Part shown: positions 19,701 to 28,259 of the stretch, piece after piece
How positions within the stretch are numbered: the stretch's first letter is position 1
How the letters are laid out: each line of letters begins with the position of its first letter
NCBI GenBank assembly: GCA_903908245.1
Contig: CAIVRE010000023.1
Span: forward strand, 1 to 55,851
Source of the DNA: Candidatus Omnitrophota bacterium
GTDB lineage: Bacteria > Omnitrophota > Gorgyraeia > Zapsychrales > Fredricksoniimonadaceae
Length of the DNA: 55,851 bases
Direction: 5' to 3'
Notes under the pieces: model-generated
The model's input: only the letters and a program-made list of their open reading frames with translations
Told to the model about the DNA's origin: nothing
Databases searched by the model: none
Program-made: the position numbers and the translations under genes

Positions 19701-21027
19701 TTCTTTTGCCCCCTGGCCGGGGAAAGATGCGGAAGATGCTGTTTACGATATGCTTAAAGGGCCGTTCGGGCGAGGGGATGGAAATGTTGAGGAGATGCTG
19801 GGGTTGATGGGATTCAAGGACCTCAGGCACGGGTTCGGGTTGAGCCGGCAGGATCAGGACACATATTATCAATTACGGCGGCTGGCGACCCGGATCGCGC
19901 GTTTTTCTGATGAGGAAATGATCGAAATGGCCAAGGAGGCTTTTTCGCACTGGGGCGGTAAAAAGGATGGGCCGGTGGTCAGGAAATTGATCAACGACTG
20001 GCTTAAGGCCAAGGGAGCAGTGGGGGATTTCTTTATGGTTCCGCCGGTGCAGGCGGACCCCGCGATGAGCCAGTTCAAGGGGCTTATAAATCCGCAGACT
20101 CCTGATTTTTCGAGGATGATCAAACTTGGTAACGGCGGGCAAGGGGATGTTTATCAGGATCCGGATGATCCGTCAGTTTTTTATAAAGAAGCGCGAGCGG
20201 ATCCCCGTGAGATCAGGAGCACCAAGCGTTCGGCCGTGTATCTTCGTCAATTCAACCGGGTAGAGCGTGTGAGCGGTATTCCGGAACTTCTGGAGGTCGG
20301 TGGTGATGGGCGCAGCGGCTTCTGGATGAAATTGCGGGGCATTCCGCAAGGCGTGAGCCTGGACAAGGCTCCGTTGTTCTGGTTCGCCATGCCGATCCGT
20401 CAGAAGATCGATATTGTGACGCAGATCATCCGTATCCTTGAACGATTGCATGGGTTGGGCCTGGTGCATAATGATATTAAGCCGGCGAATATTGTTGTGA
20501 ACAAGGGCGGGGAGGTGATGCTGATCGATTATGGCGAAACAAACAGGATCCGCAAGAATCGCCGGGGTTTTTCACAGGGATATTCTTCCGAGGAGGACCA
20601 GGGCAGTGTCGTGTCCGATATTTACAGCCTGGGCAGGACCATGGCCTATATCTTGTCCGAGCATGATGCGTCAGATCCGGTCTTTGAGGCGCTCGATCCC
20701 GAGGTCGATCGATTGGTCAAAAGGATGACGATGTGGCAGGCGGCGCAGAGGTCGCCGCGCACGATGGAAGGTGTCCGGGAAGAATTAAAGAAGATCGCCG
20801 GCCGTGTGGCGGATCTTGAGCGATCAGGCGTTAGTGATGTGGGGGGTATCGATCTGACGGCAGGCCGGACCGGCCTTCAGATCCTGCGCGATGGCAACGG
20901 CGCACTGATCGCGATGTCGCCGCAGACCATTCAGAATATTGATATTGAAGGCTTCTATCCCGTGATCATTAATATCGTGCCGGTTATAAGCATGAAGGCT
21001 CTTTTGGGCCTTTCCATTTCTCCATAA
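16777..21027 (+). CDS. Large modular secreted protein: conserved N-domain + CheR-like methyltransferase + PI3/4K/HipA-like kinase + Ser/Thr kinase + GGID tail
   Basis: Signal peptide (SYA-Q); N-domain to PRKYFSGG (17808); ADLGASTAEE/GFEID/DLVVLNHVL; DMHPGNYL...IDMEHSF; LGNGGQGDVY/HNDIKPAN/IDYG; GGID at 20842. Confidence 0.8.
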   Translation: MLRKFFKKTVCYITLAAFIVMNAGQSYAQSLTLPAPGIPVALSQAFQPVNLKGIKIDPVNPLRFDFIIDKGTSFTPGMKEVDYRLIKYFLAALTVPEKDLWVNLSPYEKDRIIPDAFGLTEMGRDLLGQDYILKQITSSLMNPDDNTGRSFWKRVYEEAYRKYGTTDIPVDTFNKVWIVPQEARVYEHNGAAFVVKARLKVMLETDYLAMRVARAGEGSQSSQQEAPRQESSTQDISRQIIREVILPILETEVNEGRNFSRLRQIYNAMILSTWFKVSLKQSLVGQVYADRNKVKGIDIDDKDAKLKIYDQYLAAFRKGVVNIIREEKDTVSDEVIPRKYFSGGYSATGADGTRLSELVGRDKVNSRDRLSSSDLASLTEGDYSEVTVDLSGDHRGAAVSRPDMAAQSSGHLTGQGRVHFKDPVYLNEASSFANDKRSFLDRHYMQWQWLQQKAMPYLIRRALGRAQEAKARPRLVVADLGASTAEEMARIFYEVTMALEVSGQVLNDWDLQVNGFEIDPQIVAEGNKRIGGRQPFFRARSKEEQIMIDGRYYADRIIERLNQYAEKFQASARLLKQDILTIPSGDLADADLVVLNHVLRIFKEEDRGALVKNLSLDSSHAILAVGDSLLAGEAWKSRAGEHIFVESEGSSGGTRYSFGLPEEALDEIDLSQASGSSDRAEAGPLPLKRQLAVETYLKLRNDPDPGKVRIRDRYVIDLLSAAFKSPRLFGQLSGYLYARLNVTTSDQDKKDLVQILAWMGDQGLPKFLGTFGEGAWDLSFDAARYIDNGLTIEEELKAVAPLDIRVDLSWMSKGVFQDERLVYESSREDFLDNDVRVKVMIRRDAKGRRIIEKRFTVDGERVTKDTLEMEQKWIQDYLALKWFKKLGFRVPDVVLVREEGALLLREVFIEGAQTIEEAYPQRDGDIPSFVKKQLIPFGLAGVAALSYDMHPGNYLLSGLDKARGTGDVIGIDMEHSFAPWPGKDAEDAVYDMLKGPFGRGDGNVEEMLGLMGFKDLRHGFGLSRQDQDTYYQLRRLATRIARFSDEEMIEMAKEAFSHWGGKKDGPVVRKLINDWLKAKGAVGDFFMVPPVQADPAMSQFKGLINPQTPDFSRMIKLGNGGQGDVYQDPDDPSVFYKEARADPREIRSTKRSAVYLRQFNRVERVSGIPELLEVGGDGRSGFWMKLRGIPQGVSLDKAPLFWFAMPIRQKIDIVTQIIRILERLHGLGLVHNDIKPANIVVNKGGEVMLIDYGETNRIRKNRRGFSQGYSSEEDQGSVVSDIYSLGRTMAYILSEHDASDPVFEALDPEVDRLVKRMTMWQAAQRSPRTMEGVREELKKIAGRVADLERSGVSDVGGIDLTAGRTGLQILRDGNGALIAMSPQTIQNIDIEGFYPVIINIVPVISMKALLGLSISP
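17419..17443 (+). repeat. Degenerate REP-like palindrome within the coding sequence
   Basis: GCAG-GGGAGGGTT-CCC-AATCCTCCC; same position in the protein as the copy at 21792. Confidence 0.6.
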
Positions 21028-21113
21028 AGTGGCATTTTTGAGAATTTTGTGTTATTTTTTACTATCATCTGGGGAGAGTATTGCTTTTTGTTGAGATCTT
21101 TTAAGGGGGGCTT

Positions 21114-24100
21114 ATGTTCTCTGCAGCATTTAAAAGTTCAAGGCTGGTCCGATTTATTTCATTATGGCTTGTTTTTACCCTTTCCCTTCCGTTGCAACAG
21201 ATCCATGCGCAAACGGCCCTGGATTTGCCGGCGCCAGGCACAATGATCGGGATCAGTTCCGCCTATATTCCGGTCATGATGAAGGGTCTCAAGGTCCATC
21301 CTGAAAATCCACTTTTGTTTGATTTTATCCTTGATACAGGAAGATCCGGGCTTAAGACGGACGCAGGGGAATTCAAGGCCGAATCTGAAAAACTCATTAA
21401 ATATTTTCTTGCTTCCATTACGATCAAGGAAGACGACTTATGGGTTAATTTGTCGCCGTATGAACATGATCGCATGATCACGGAAGATCTGGGCAGGACC
21501 GAGCTTGGCCGCGATATGCTGGCCCAGGATTACATTCTTAAACAATTGACATCTTCTCTTATTTACCCTGAAAAGGATCTGGGTAAAGAGTTCTGGAAAA
21601 GGGTTTATGCCCAGGCGCAGGAGAAGTTCGGTTCAACGGATGTGCCGGTAGATACTTTTAATAAAGTCTGGATCGTTGCGGATAAGGCCAGGGTATTGGA
21701 GCGTAATAATACGGCGTATGTCGTCGGGGCCAATTTAAAAGTCATGCTGGAGGCCGATTATCTTGCCATGCGTGTCGCGCCAGTTGCGCATGTAGGGGAG
21801 GGTTCCAAACCCTCCCTCCAAGAACCATCCCCCCAACAAGACGTTCCCACACAGGATATATCCCGGCAGATCATCCGTGAAGTGATCATTCCGGAGATCG
21901 AGAAAGAAGTCAACCAGGGCCGGAATTTTGCCCCGTTACGCCAGATGTTTTATTCCATGATCCTGGCAACATGGTATCGACAGGCGTTGAAAGGGGCTTT
22001 CTTAAATCAGGTTTACAGTGATAAAGCAAAGACAGGTGGTGTTGAATCGGACGATCCGCAGGTCAAAGAAAAGATCTATGCTCAATATCTGGAAGCTTTT
22101 AAAAAAGGATCTTTTAATTACATTAAGGAAGAGGTCAATTCTTCAGGCGAAACTTTCCCAAGGAAATATTTTTCCGGAGGGTTGGCTCCTGATCTGGGTG
22201 TTCATCGGGTCATAAATATTGAAAAAGAACCTCAAGCGGACGATGACCTTTCGGCAGATGGCTCCATGGCCAATGTCCAAACGAATATGGCCGTAACGCA
22301 AGGCCGTAATGAGGCCATGGCGGAGCAGGTTGAGCGCGCGTTCAAGGCGAAGACGGCCGAAGGGTTCGTGGCGGATATCCATAATGATTATCTGGTTGAC
22401 GCTCCGGAGCGGCTGCAGAAGATCGCGACTTATATTACGGATACTGATCCGTATTTTACCAGGAGCATCATGACGCCGGAGCGGCTTACGTCGCAATGGA
22501 CAACGGAAGAGCTGATCAACAGTGCGGGGAAGAAATATACGGTGGATGTCTTGAACGTCCGCGCCGCGAACAGTTCCGCTCGGGGTGTGCCCAAGGGCGG
22601 TATTCGTGCTTTGTTGAATTATCTGGATAAGAGCCCGGAAAAAGAAGGGGCGCGCACGGCCAGTGATCTGATGCGGGATCCGGCGTTCAGAAAGGCTTTC
22701 GCCTGGCTTAATGAATTGGCGCCTACGGAAGGGCAGGTCAGGGCATTTATCCAGAAATGGATCGAGGAAGAGGCCAAGGCTTTATCATTGTGGATGTCGT
22801 TCAAGACCTCTGTTTTGGGGATCCCCCTGGGAGGAGGCAAAGGTGTTTTCTTTGTCGGGCAGATCAGCAAAAATTCCGACGGGACATTTTCAATAGCGGA
22901 TACAGAGCTTTGGCGGGACACGGATCAAGAGAATAATGCGCGGATCTCGCGGAGATATGTCCGGATCCTTTACGCGGCCGAGAGTGTCGGGCCGGATATC
23001 GATGTTCCGGCTCCGGACAAGCGGACGGATGGTGTGTCCATGGGATTTTTGACGGATGAATATATCCTTTTAAACCTGAAGGTGATCCAGAAGCGCGATC
23101 CGGCGCTTTACAACCGCCTAAAAGCGGCTTTGGACACGGCAACGGCAAATAATGGCGGTGTTTATCCGACAACGAGCACGGTCTTGGTGGAAGAGGCCAA
23201 CCGTTATTTGCATGAAACGAATGTGCCGGTGCCGGAATTGGCTGTTTTTACCGGAAAAAAGATCGAGCATGGCGGTGCTTTGGGAAGGACAGAGGCTACG
23301 GGTTTTGGCGTGGCGTCCACGATCCGCAATGTTCTGAAGGCTAAAGGCGTTGACATTCGCGGCAAGACACTTGGGCTTCAGGGGGCCGGAAATGTGGCCC
23401 TGTATGCGGCTCTTCAGGCGGTCCGGGATGGAATGATCGTCCAGATCCTGGCGGATGAAGGGACAACGCTTATCAAGAAAGATGGTTTCTCCGAGAAAGA
23501 GATCCTGGAGTTGATCCGTCGTTTTGAAAAGAACAAGGAAAAGATGTACCAGATCTGGAGGCAGGTTTTCTCTGCCGACAGTGTGGTCGCTGTTGAAGGC
23601 GATCGTGACGCCCAGGGTGCGGCGGTGTTGGAAGCGGATGTCGATGTATTAAGCCCTTGCGCGACCGAAGGGGTCATTACAGAGAAGAACGCCGGGCGGA
23701 TCAGGGCAAAGTTCATTGTTCCCGGTGCAAATGGTCCGATCACGTCGGCCGCATTGAAGATGCTTGAAGTGAATGGCATTATTGTTGTCCCCGACACGTT
23801 AACGAACGCGCGGGGTGTCCTGGTCTCTTATTTTGAACAGGTCCAGGCCTTGACGGGGCATATTTTTACAGCGGAAGAAGTTGCTTTGATCGCCGAGCGT
23901 GTTCATACGGCCGCATTTGCTGTGATGTGGGCTGAAAAGGAGAAAAGAGGGGTTTCTTTGACCGTGGCGGCGGATATTGTTTCGGCGCAGGGGATCATCC
24001 GGGCGCAATATCTGGGGTTGATCAAACGATTTAACGGTGATCTTAAAAAGATCAGTGACGAGCGCGGGTATGGAGAGTCTGAAAACAATCTTCGTCAGCA

Positions 24101-25760
24101 GATCGAAGCGTCGGGCCTGTCGGCTTATCTGAAGGCGATCGGGAACGATTCCCTTAAGATACGCGTTGTCAATCAAGGTGACGAGCCGGCAGTAAAAGCC
24201 GCATTGTCGTCCGCTGATGTTATTATCGCCGGTTCTTCTGTCCAGGCAAAGTCGTCATTCTTTATCAGTAAAAAAATGCTGGGAGAGATCGGGGAAGGGA
24301 AGCGGATCATTGATACGGTTGTCGATCAAACGAATGTTTTTGAAGACGGGAACACGGCACCCGGGGTTTGGCCAGGACAGCCTGCCTGGCTTGATGAACA
24401 CGGGAATTTGCGTTTTACTGTCGCGCATATGCCGGCAGTGTTCGGTTCCGTGGCCGCTGAACTTTTATCGCAGGCGACACAGGCGTTGACAAGAGAAATA
24501 GTCGCCGGAACTGCTCCGCGGAATGTTTCCGGGCTGCGTAGCGGCATCGTTGTTGCTAATGGCCGGTCTGTCAGTCGGGAGGCTCCGGTCACGGATGAAG
24601 AGTTCCTGAACCTGTTCACAACTTCGGATGGCCGGAAACGGACGATCGGTATTCCCAAAGAACGGTGGGCCGGTGAAACCCGTGTTGGCGCTACTCTGGA
24701 GGAGATCAAGGAATTCGTCGCTTCAGGTTATGAGGTCTTGGTCGAGCAGGGAGCCGGGGCAGCCAGCAGGATATCGGATATTGATTTTCAAAGGACCGGG
24801 GCAAAGATCGTTACGCGCAATGGCGTCTGGGGGGCGGATGTGATCCGTAAGGTTAAGTCTCCTTTAGCGGAAGAGTATCAATATTTTCGGCCGGGCATGA
24901 TCCTGGAATCATTTCTTTTCCTTGATCGTCCGGAGAACCAGGAGTTGAAACAGGAATTAACGGGCAAGGGAGTGACGGCTGTCGCTTATGAAGAGGTCAG
25001 GAAGTCGGGGCATCGCACGTTGCTTGACCGGGTGTTCTTTATGGAGGATGTCGGGGCCCCGGAAGATGAAGGGCGTTATATTCTCGATCCAATGTCACGG
25101 GTTGGCGGTTATGTCGCTGTTCTTTGGGCGGCGTTGTATGGCCGGGCGGATGTGAATGGCCGCGGGACAAAGGGATCATACAAAGACCTGGTCGGCGGGG
25201 ATGGGCTTCTTGAGACGTCTGTTGTTCAGGAGCGGCAGTTGCACCTGGACAGATTCCTGGCGAATATCGGGACTCATTTGCAGGAATTTGTCACCCATGG
25301 TTACGGGTTGCCTCCGGGATTGCTTAGGGATACAGGGATGGAGAGCCGGCTGGGCAAGGTCGTTGTCCTGGGCGGGACTTTGACAGCCCGTGAAGCCGCG
25401 TATTTAAGTTTGCTGTTCGGTGCGGAGAATGTTGAAGTGCTTGTTGCCGATGAGAATGAAAAGGACCTTCTGGAGCGACAATTCCGAAAAGCCGGATTAT
25501 TGAGGGATGTTGATCCGGCGGGGGCGGCAGATGATGCTGTAGCGGGAAAACCGGATATTCAGGGTGGTATCGACATGAACGCCAAAAATATGGAAATGGA
25601 TGTGTCCAGAGAAGGCAGAGGGGTCGAGGCCGGGCTTGACCCTGTTATTCTTGAGCAATTCAAGGGCGGTGATTTTTCCGGTGTGGTGCCGGTCATTATT
25701 CGTATCACGCCGGTCGCGAGCCCGATAGCAATTCTGGGAATGGAAGCAAGCCCGCCGTAA
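21114..25760 (+). CDS. Large modular secreted protein: conserved N-domain + Glu/Leu/Phe/Val (glutamate) dehydrogenase + circularly permuted alanine-dehydrogenase-like domain + GGID tail
   Basis: Signal peptide (IHA-Q); N-domain to PRKYFSGG (22181); KGGIR, MSFK, GGGKG, DVPAPD, GRTEATGFG, QGAGNV, GANGP, VSYFE; AlaDH-like IGIPKE...ETRV, KVKSP, PMSRVGG; GGID at 25563. Confidence 0.82.
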   Translation: MFSAAFKSSRLVRFISLWLVFTLSLPLQQIHAQTALDLPAPGTMIGISSAYIPVMMKGLKVHPENPLLFDFILDTGRSGLKTDAGEFKAESEKLIKYFLASITIKEDDLWVNLSPYEHDRMITEDLGRTELGRDMLAQDYILKQLTSSLIYPEKDLGKEFWKRVYAQAQEKFGSTDVPVDTFNKVWIVADKARVLERNNTAYVVGANLKVMLEADYLAMRVAPVAHVGEGSKPSLQEPSPQQDVPTQDISRQIIREVIIPEIEKEVNQGRNFAPLRQMFYSMILATWYRQALKGAFLNQVYSDKAKTGGVESDDPQVKEKIYAQYLEAFKKGSFNYIKEEVNSSGETFPRKYFSGGLAPDLGVHRVINIEKEPQADDDLSADGSMANVQTNMAVTQGRNEAMAEQVERAFKAKTAEGFVADIHNDYLVDAPERLQKIATYITDTDPYFTRSIMTPERLTSQWTTEELINSAGKKYTVDVLNVRAANSSARGVPKGGIRALLNYLDKSPEKEGARTASDLMRDPAFRKAFAWLNELAPTEGQVRAFIQKWIEEEAKALSLWMSFKTSVLGIPLGGGKGVFFVGQISKNSDGTFSIADTELWRDTDQENNARISRRYVRILYAAESVGPDIDVPAPDKRTDGVSMGFLTDEYILLNLKVIQKRDPALYNRLKAALDTATANNGGVYPTTSTVLVEEANRYLHETNVPVPELAVFTGKKIEHGGALGRTEATGFGVASTIRNVLKAKGVDIRGKTLGLQGAGNVALYAALQAVRDGMIVQILADEGTTLIKKDGFSEKEILELIRRFEKNKEKMYQIWRQVFSADSVVAVEGDRDAQGAAVLEADVDVLSPCATEGVITEKNAGRIRAKFIVPGANGPITSAALKMLEVNGIIVVPDTLTNARGVLVSYFEQVQALTGHIFTAEEVALIAERVHTAAFAVMWAEKEKRGVSLTVAADIVSAQGIIRAQYLGLIKRFNGDLKKISDERGYGESENNLRQQIEASGLSAYLKAIGNDSLKIRVVNQGDEPAVKAALSSADVIIAGSSVQAKSSFFISKKMLGEIGEGKRIIDTVVDQTNVFEDGNTAPGVWPGQPAWLDEHGNLRFTVAHMPAVFGSVAAELLSQATQALTREIVAGTAPRNVSGLRSGIVVANGRSVSREAPVTDEEFLNLFTTSDGRKRTIGIPKERWAGETRVGATLEEIKEFVASGYEVLVEQGAGAASRISDIDFQRTGAKIVTRNGVWGADVIRKVKSPLAEEYQYFRPGMILESFLFLDRPENQELKQELTGKGVTAVAYEEVRKSGHRTLLDRVFFMEDVGAPEDEGRYILDPMSRVGGYVAVLWAALYGRADVNGRGTKGSYKDLVGGDGLLETSVVQERQLHLDRFLANIGTHLQEFVTHGYGLPPGLLRDTGMESRLGKVVVLGGTLTAREAAYLSLLFGAENVEVLVADENEKDLLERQFRKAGLLRDVDPAGAADDAVAGKPDIQGGIDMNAKNMEMDVSREGRGVEAGLDPVILEQFKGGDFSGVVPVIIRITPVASPIAILGMEASPP
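21792..21816 (+). repeat. Intact GTAG REP-like palindrome within the coding sequence
   Basis: GTAG-GGGAGGGTT-CCA-AACCCTCCC; one base different from the copy at 28208. Confidence 0.75.
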
Positions 25761-25942
25761 GCATTCAATAAAGGGTAATGTCCTGGTTCTTGACTCCTCC
25801 GGGTATGTGTCATTTGATGCGTAACGGAGGTTTTCTTTTGACTTCAGGCATTAGTAAAAAGGTTTGCATTAAACTCCATTATTTAGATAATAGTTGGCGT
25901 GACTTTTTTGATCATTGTTGATTTACTTTCTGAAAGGATCTG

Positions 25943-27586
25943 ATGCTTATGAAGAATCTCCGTTTGGAACGCCACGGGATCACGATGTACGACGAGATCT
26001 TTTATAACCTTTCGCTTGATGAACTGATCAAACATGAGACTTCTCCTGAAACTCCGGCCAACGAGCGCGGGGTTATCACCGCGACCGGGGCCGTGGCCAT
26101 TGATACGGGGAAATTCACCGGCCGTTCGCCCAAAGACAAGTATGTGGTCAACGAAGAAACCTCCCACGACAAGATCTGGTGGGGGATCGGGCCTGTCGCA
26201 CCGACCACCAACAACTCGGATAATCAGCAGATCTCTGAAGAGACCTGGTATTACCTCAAGGATCTGGCTTTAAAGCGCCTTAACGGAAAGAAGTTGTATG
26301 TGATGGATGCTTTTTGCGGCGCCAATCCGGATTCCCGCCTGCGTGTCCGTCTTATTACCGAGATCGCCTGGAAAGCGCATTTTTTCAAGAACATGTTCAT
26401 CCGTCCGACCGAGGAAGAGCTGGCGGATTTTGTTCCGGACTGGACCATTATGGACAGCTGCAAGATCTCTTGTCCGCAGCCGCACCGCCATAATCTGCGG
26501 ACGGAAGTTTTTGTTGCGTTCAACATGATGGAGCGCATGACCCTTATCGGCGGCACCTGGTATGGCGGCGAGATCAAGAAGGGCGTTTTTTCGGTCATGA
26601 ATTATTTCCTGCCGATCAAGGGCATCGGTTCATTCCATTGTTCGGCCAATATGGGCAAGGACGGGGCTACTGCGCTGTTTTTCGGTCTTTCCGGCACGGG
26701 CAAGACCACGCTTTCCGCTGACCCCAAGCGCCTGCTGATCGGTGATGACGAGCATGGCTGGGATCATGACGGCATTTTTAATTTTGAAGGCGGCTGTTAT
26801 GCGAAATGCATCAACCTTTCGCCCAAGAATGAGCCGGATATTTACCGTGCCATTCGTAAGGACGCCCTTCTGGAGAACGTGGTTATCAATGATAAGGGCG
26901 AGCCGGATTATAATTCCGACAAGAAGACCGAGAATACCCGCGCTTCGTACCCGATCCATCATATTGATAACATTGTGCGCCCCATGTCTCGCGGCGGGCA
27001 TCCTTCCAAGATCATCTTTCTGACCTGCGACGCTTATGGCGTGCTTCCTCCGGTCGCCAAATTGACCCGGGACCAGGCGATGTATCATTTTTTAAGCGGT
27101 TATACGGCGCGTGTGGCAGGGACCGAGTTGGGCGTTACCGAGCCGAAGGCCACGTTCTCTGCCTGTTTTGGTCAGGCGTTCTTGCTGTTGCACCCTACGC
27201 GTTACGCGAAGATCCTCGGCGATCAGATGGATAAGCATGGTTCGCATGCTTATCTGGTGAATACCGGATGGGTCCGCGGGAAGTGCGGGGTCGGCCAGCG
27301 CATGGACCTTCCCAGTACGCGCAAGATCATTGACGCTGTTCTGGACGGGTCGCTGGAAAAAGCTGAGTTCGAGACCATGCCGATCTTTAATTTTCAGATC
27401 CCCAAGGCAGTGGCGGGAGTAGACCCGGCTATTTTGAATCCGCGCAACGGCTGGGCCGACAAAGGGGAGTACGACAAGACATACCGTAAGCTGGCGGGAA
27501 TGTTTGTGGCGCATTTTATTAATTTTACGGATACGGAAAAAGGCCGGTCTCTGGTCGATGCCGGTCCTCAGCTGAATGAGTCGTGA
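25943..27586 (+). CDS. pckA: Phosphoenolpyruvate carboxykinase (ATP)
   Basis: [65 protein letters not shown]. Confidence 0.97.
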   Translation: MLMKNLRLERHGITMYDEIFYNLSLDELIKHETSPETPANERGVITATGAVAIDTGKFTGRSPKDKYVVNEETSHDKIWWGIGPVAPTTNNSDNQQISEETWYYLKDLALKRLNGKKLYVMDAFCGANPDSRLRVRLITEIAWKAHFFKNMFIRPTEEELADFVPDWTIMDSCKISCPQPHRHNLRTEVFVAFNMMERMTLIGGTWYGGEIKKGVFSVMNYFLPIKGIGSFHCSANMGKDGATALFFGLSGTGKTTLSADPKRLLIGDDEHGWDHDGIFNFEGGCYAKCINLSPKNEPDIYRAIRKDALLENVVINDKGEPDYNSDKKTENTRASYPIHHIDNIVRPMSRGGHPSKIIFLTCDAYGVLPPVAKLTRDQAMYHFLSGYTARVAGTELGVTEPKATFSACFGQAFLLLHPTRYAKILGDQMDKHGSHAYLVNTGWVRGKCGVGQRMDLPSTRKIIDAVLDGSLEKAEFETMPIFNFQIPKAVAGVDPAILNPRNGWADKGEYDKTYRKLAGMFVAHFINFTDTEKGRSLVDAGPQLNES

Positions 27587-28224
27587 TGTTAAGCTCTTTG
27601 CGGAGCTGGGTTGACCGGATATTTTATTCTTCAGCCGGAGAGACCTTGCGGGGCAAGGCTCTCCGGCTTAATGCGATCTACCGTTCTTTGGACAAAGAGA
27701 TATTTCGCTTTAAGGCCGCTTCGAGGATCGCGTGTCCCAGTCCTTGCGGCCAATGCTGTGTTAATTCAACCGTAGAAGCTTCCGAACTTGAAATGCTTCC
27801 GATGGCTTTTGAGCTTGTCCGTCTGGGTAAGGCGGATGAATGGTACGGCAAAGCGGAAGCGAAGGATTTTGAAGGGCAATGCGTTTTTTACAGCTCGAAC
27901 GACCTTTTGGGGCAGTGTTCGTATTATGCGTTTCGTCCTTTGGTATGCCGCCTGTTCGGTTTTGCCGGGAACAGGGATAAATACGGCCGGCCGCGCCTGG
28001 TGACCTGCGGGCGGATCAAGAAAGAGCACCCTCTGGGGATGGAACAGGTTCTGGAGAATGTTGCCAGTGGCCGGATCGTTCCGCCGATGATGAGTGACCT
28101 GGTCATGCGCGTTTCATCGGTGGATCCCGCGCTTTCCCGTGAAAGTATTCCCGTGAATATGGCGTTCAAGAAAGCTGTCGAGCGGGTTTTGTTAGGTCAA
28201 CAGTTGAGTAGGGGAGGGTTCTAA
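27583..28224 (+). CDS. YkgJ-family cysteine cluster protein
   Basis: CxxxCGxCC, then CVF...[15 protein letters not shown]. Confidence 0.85.
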   Translation: MMLSSLRSWVDRIFYSSAGETLRGKALRLNAIYRSLDKEIFRFKAASRIACPSPCGQCCVNSTVEASELEMLPMAFELVRLGKADEWYGKAEAKDFEGQCVFYSSNDLLGQCSYYAFRPLVCRLFGFAGNRDKYGRPRLVTCGRIKKEHPLGMEQVLENVASGRIVPPMMSDLVMRVSSVDPALSRESIPVNMAFKKAVERVLLGQQLSRGGF

Positions 28225-28232
28225 ACCCTCCC
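28208..28232 (+). repeat. GTAG REP-like palindrome overlapping the YkgJ-family gene stop
   Basis: GTAG-GGGAGGGTT-CTA-AACCCTCCC; contains the TAA stop at 28222-24. Confidence 0.75.
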
Positions 28233-28259
28233 TTGAGAAATTTTAAAAGGGGATTTCCA

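Noticed and set aside
16777-25760. Reading the modular genes as RHS/CDI/MARTX toxins or autotransporters
   Set aside because: No YD/RHS, haemagglutinin or RTX repeats, no C-terminal beta-barrel signature and no adjacent immunity or transporter genes; only the modular logic is similar.
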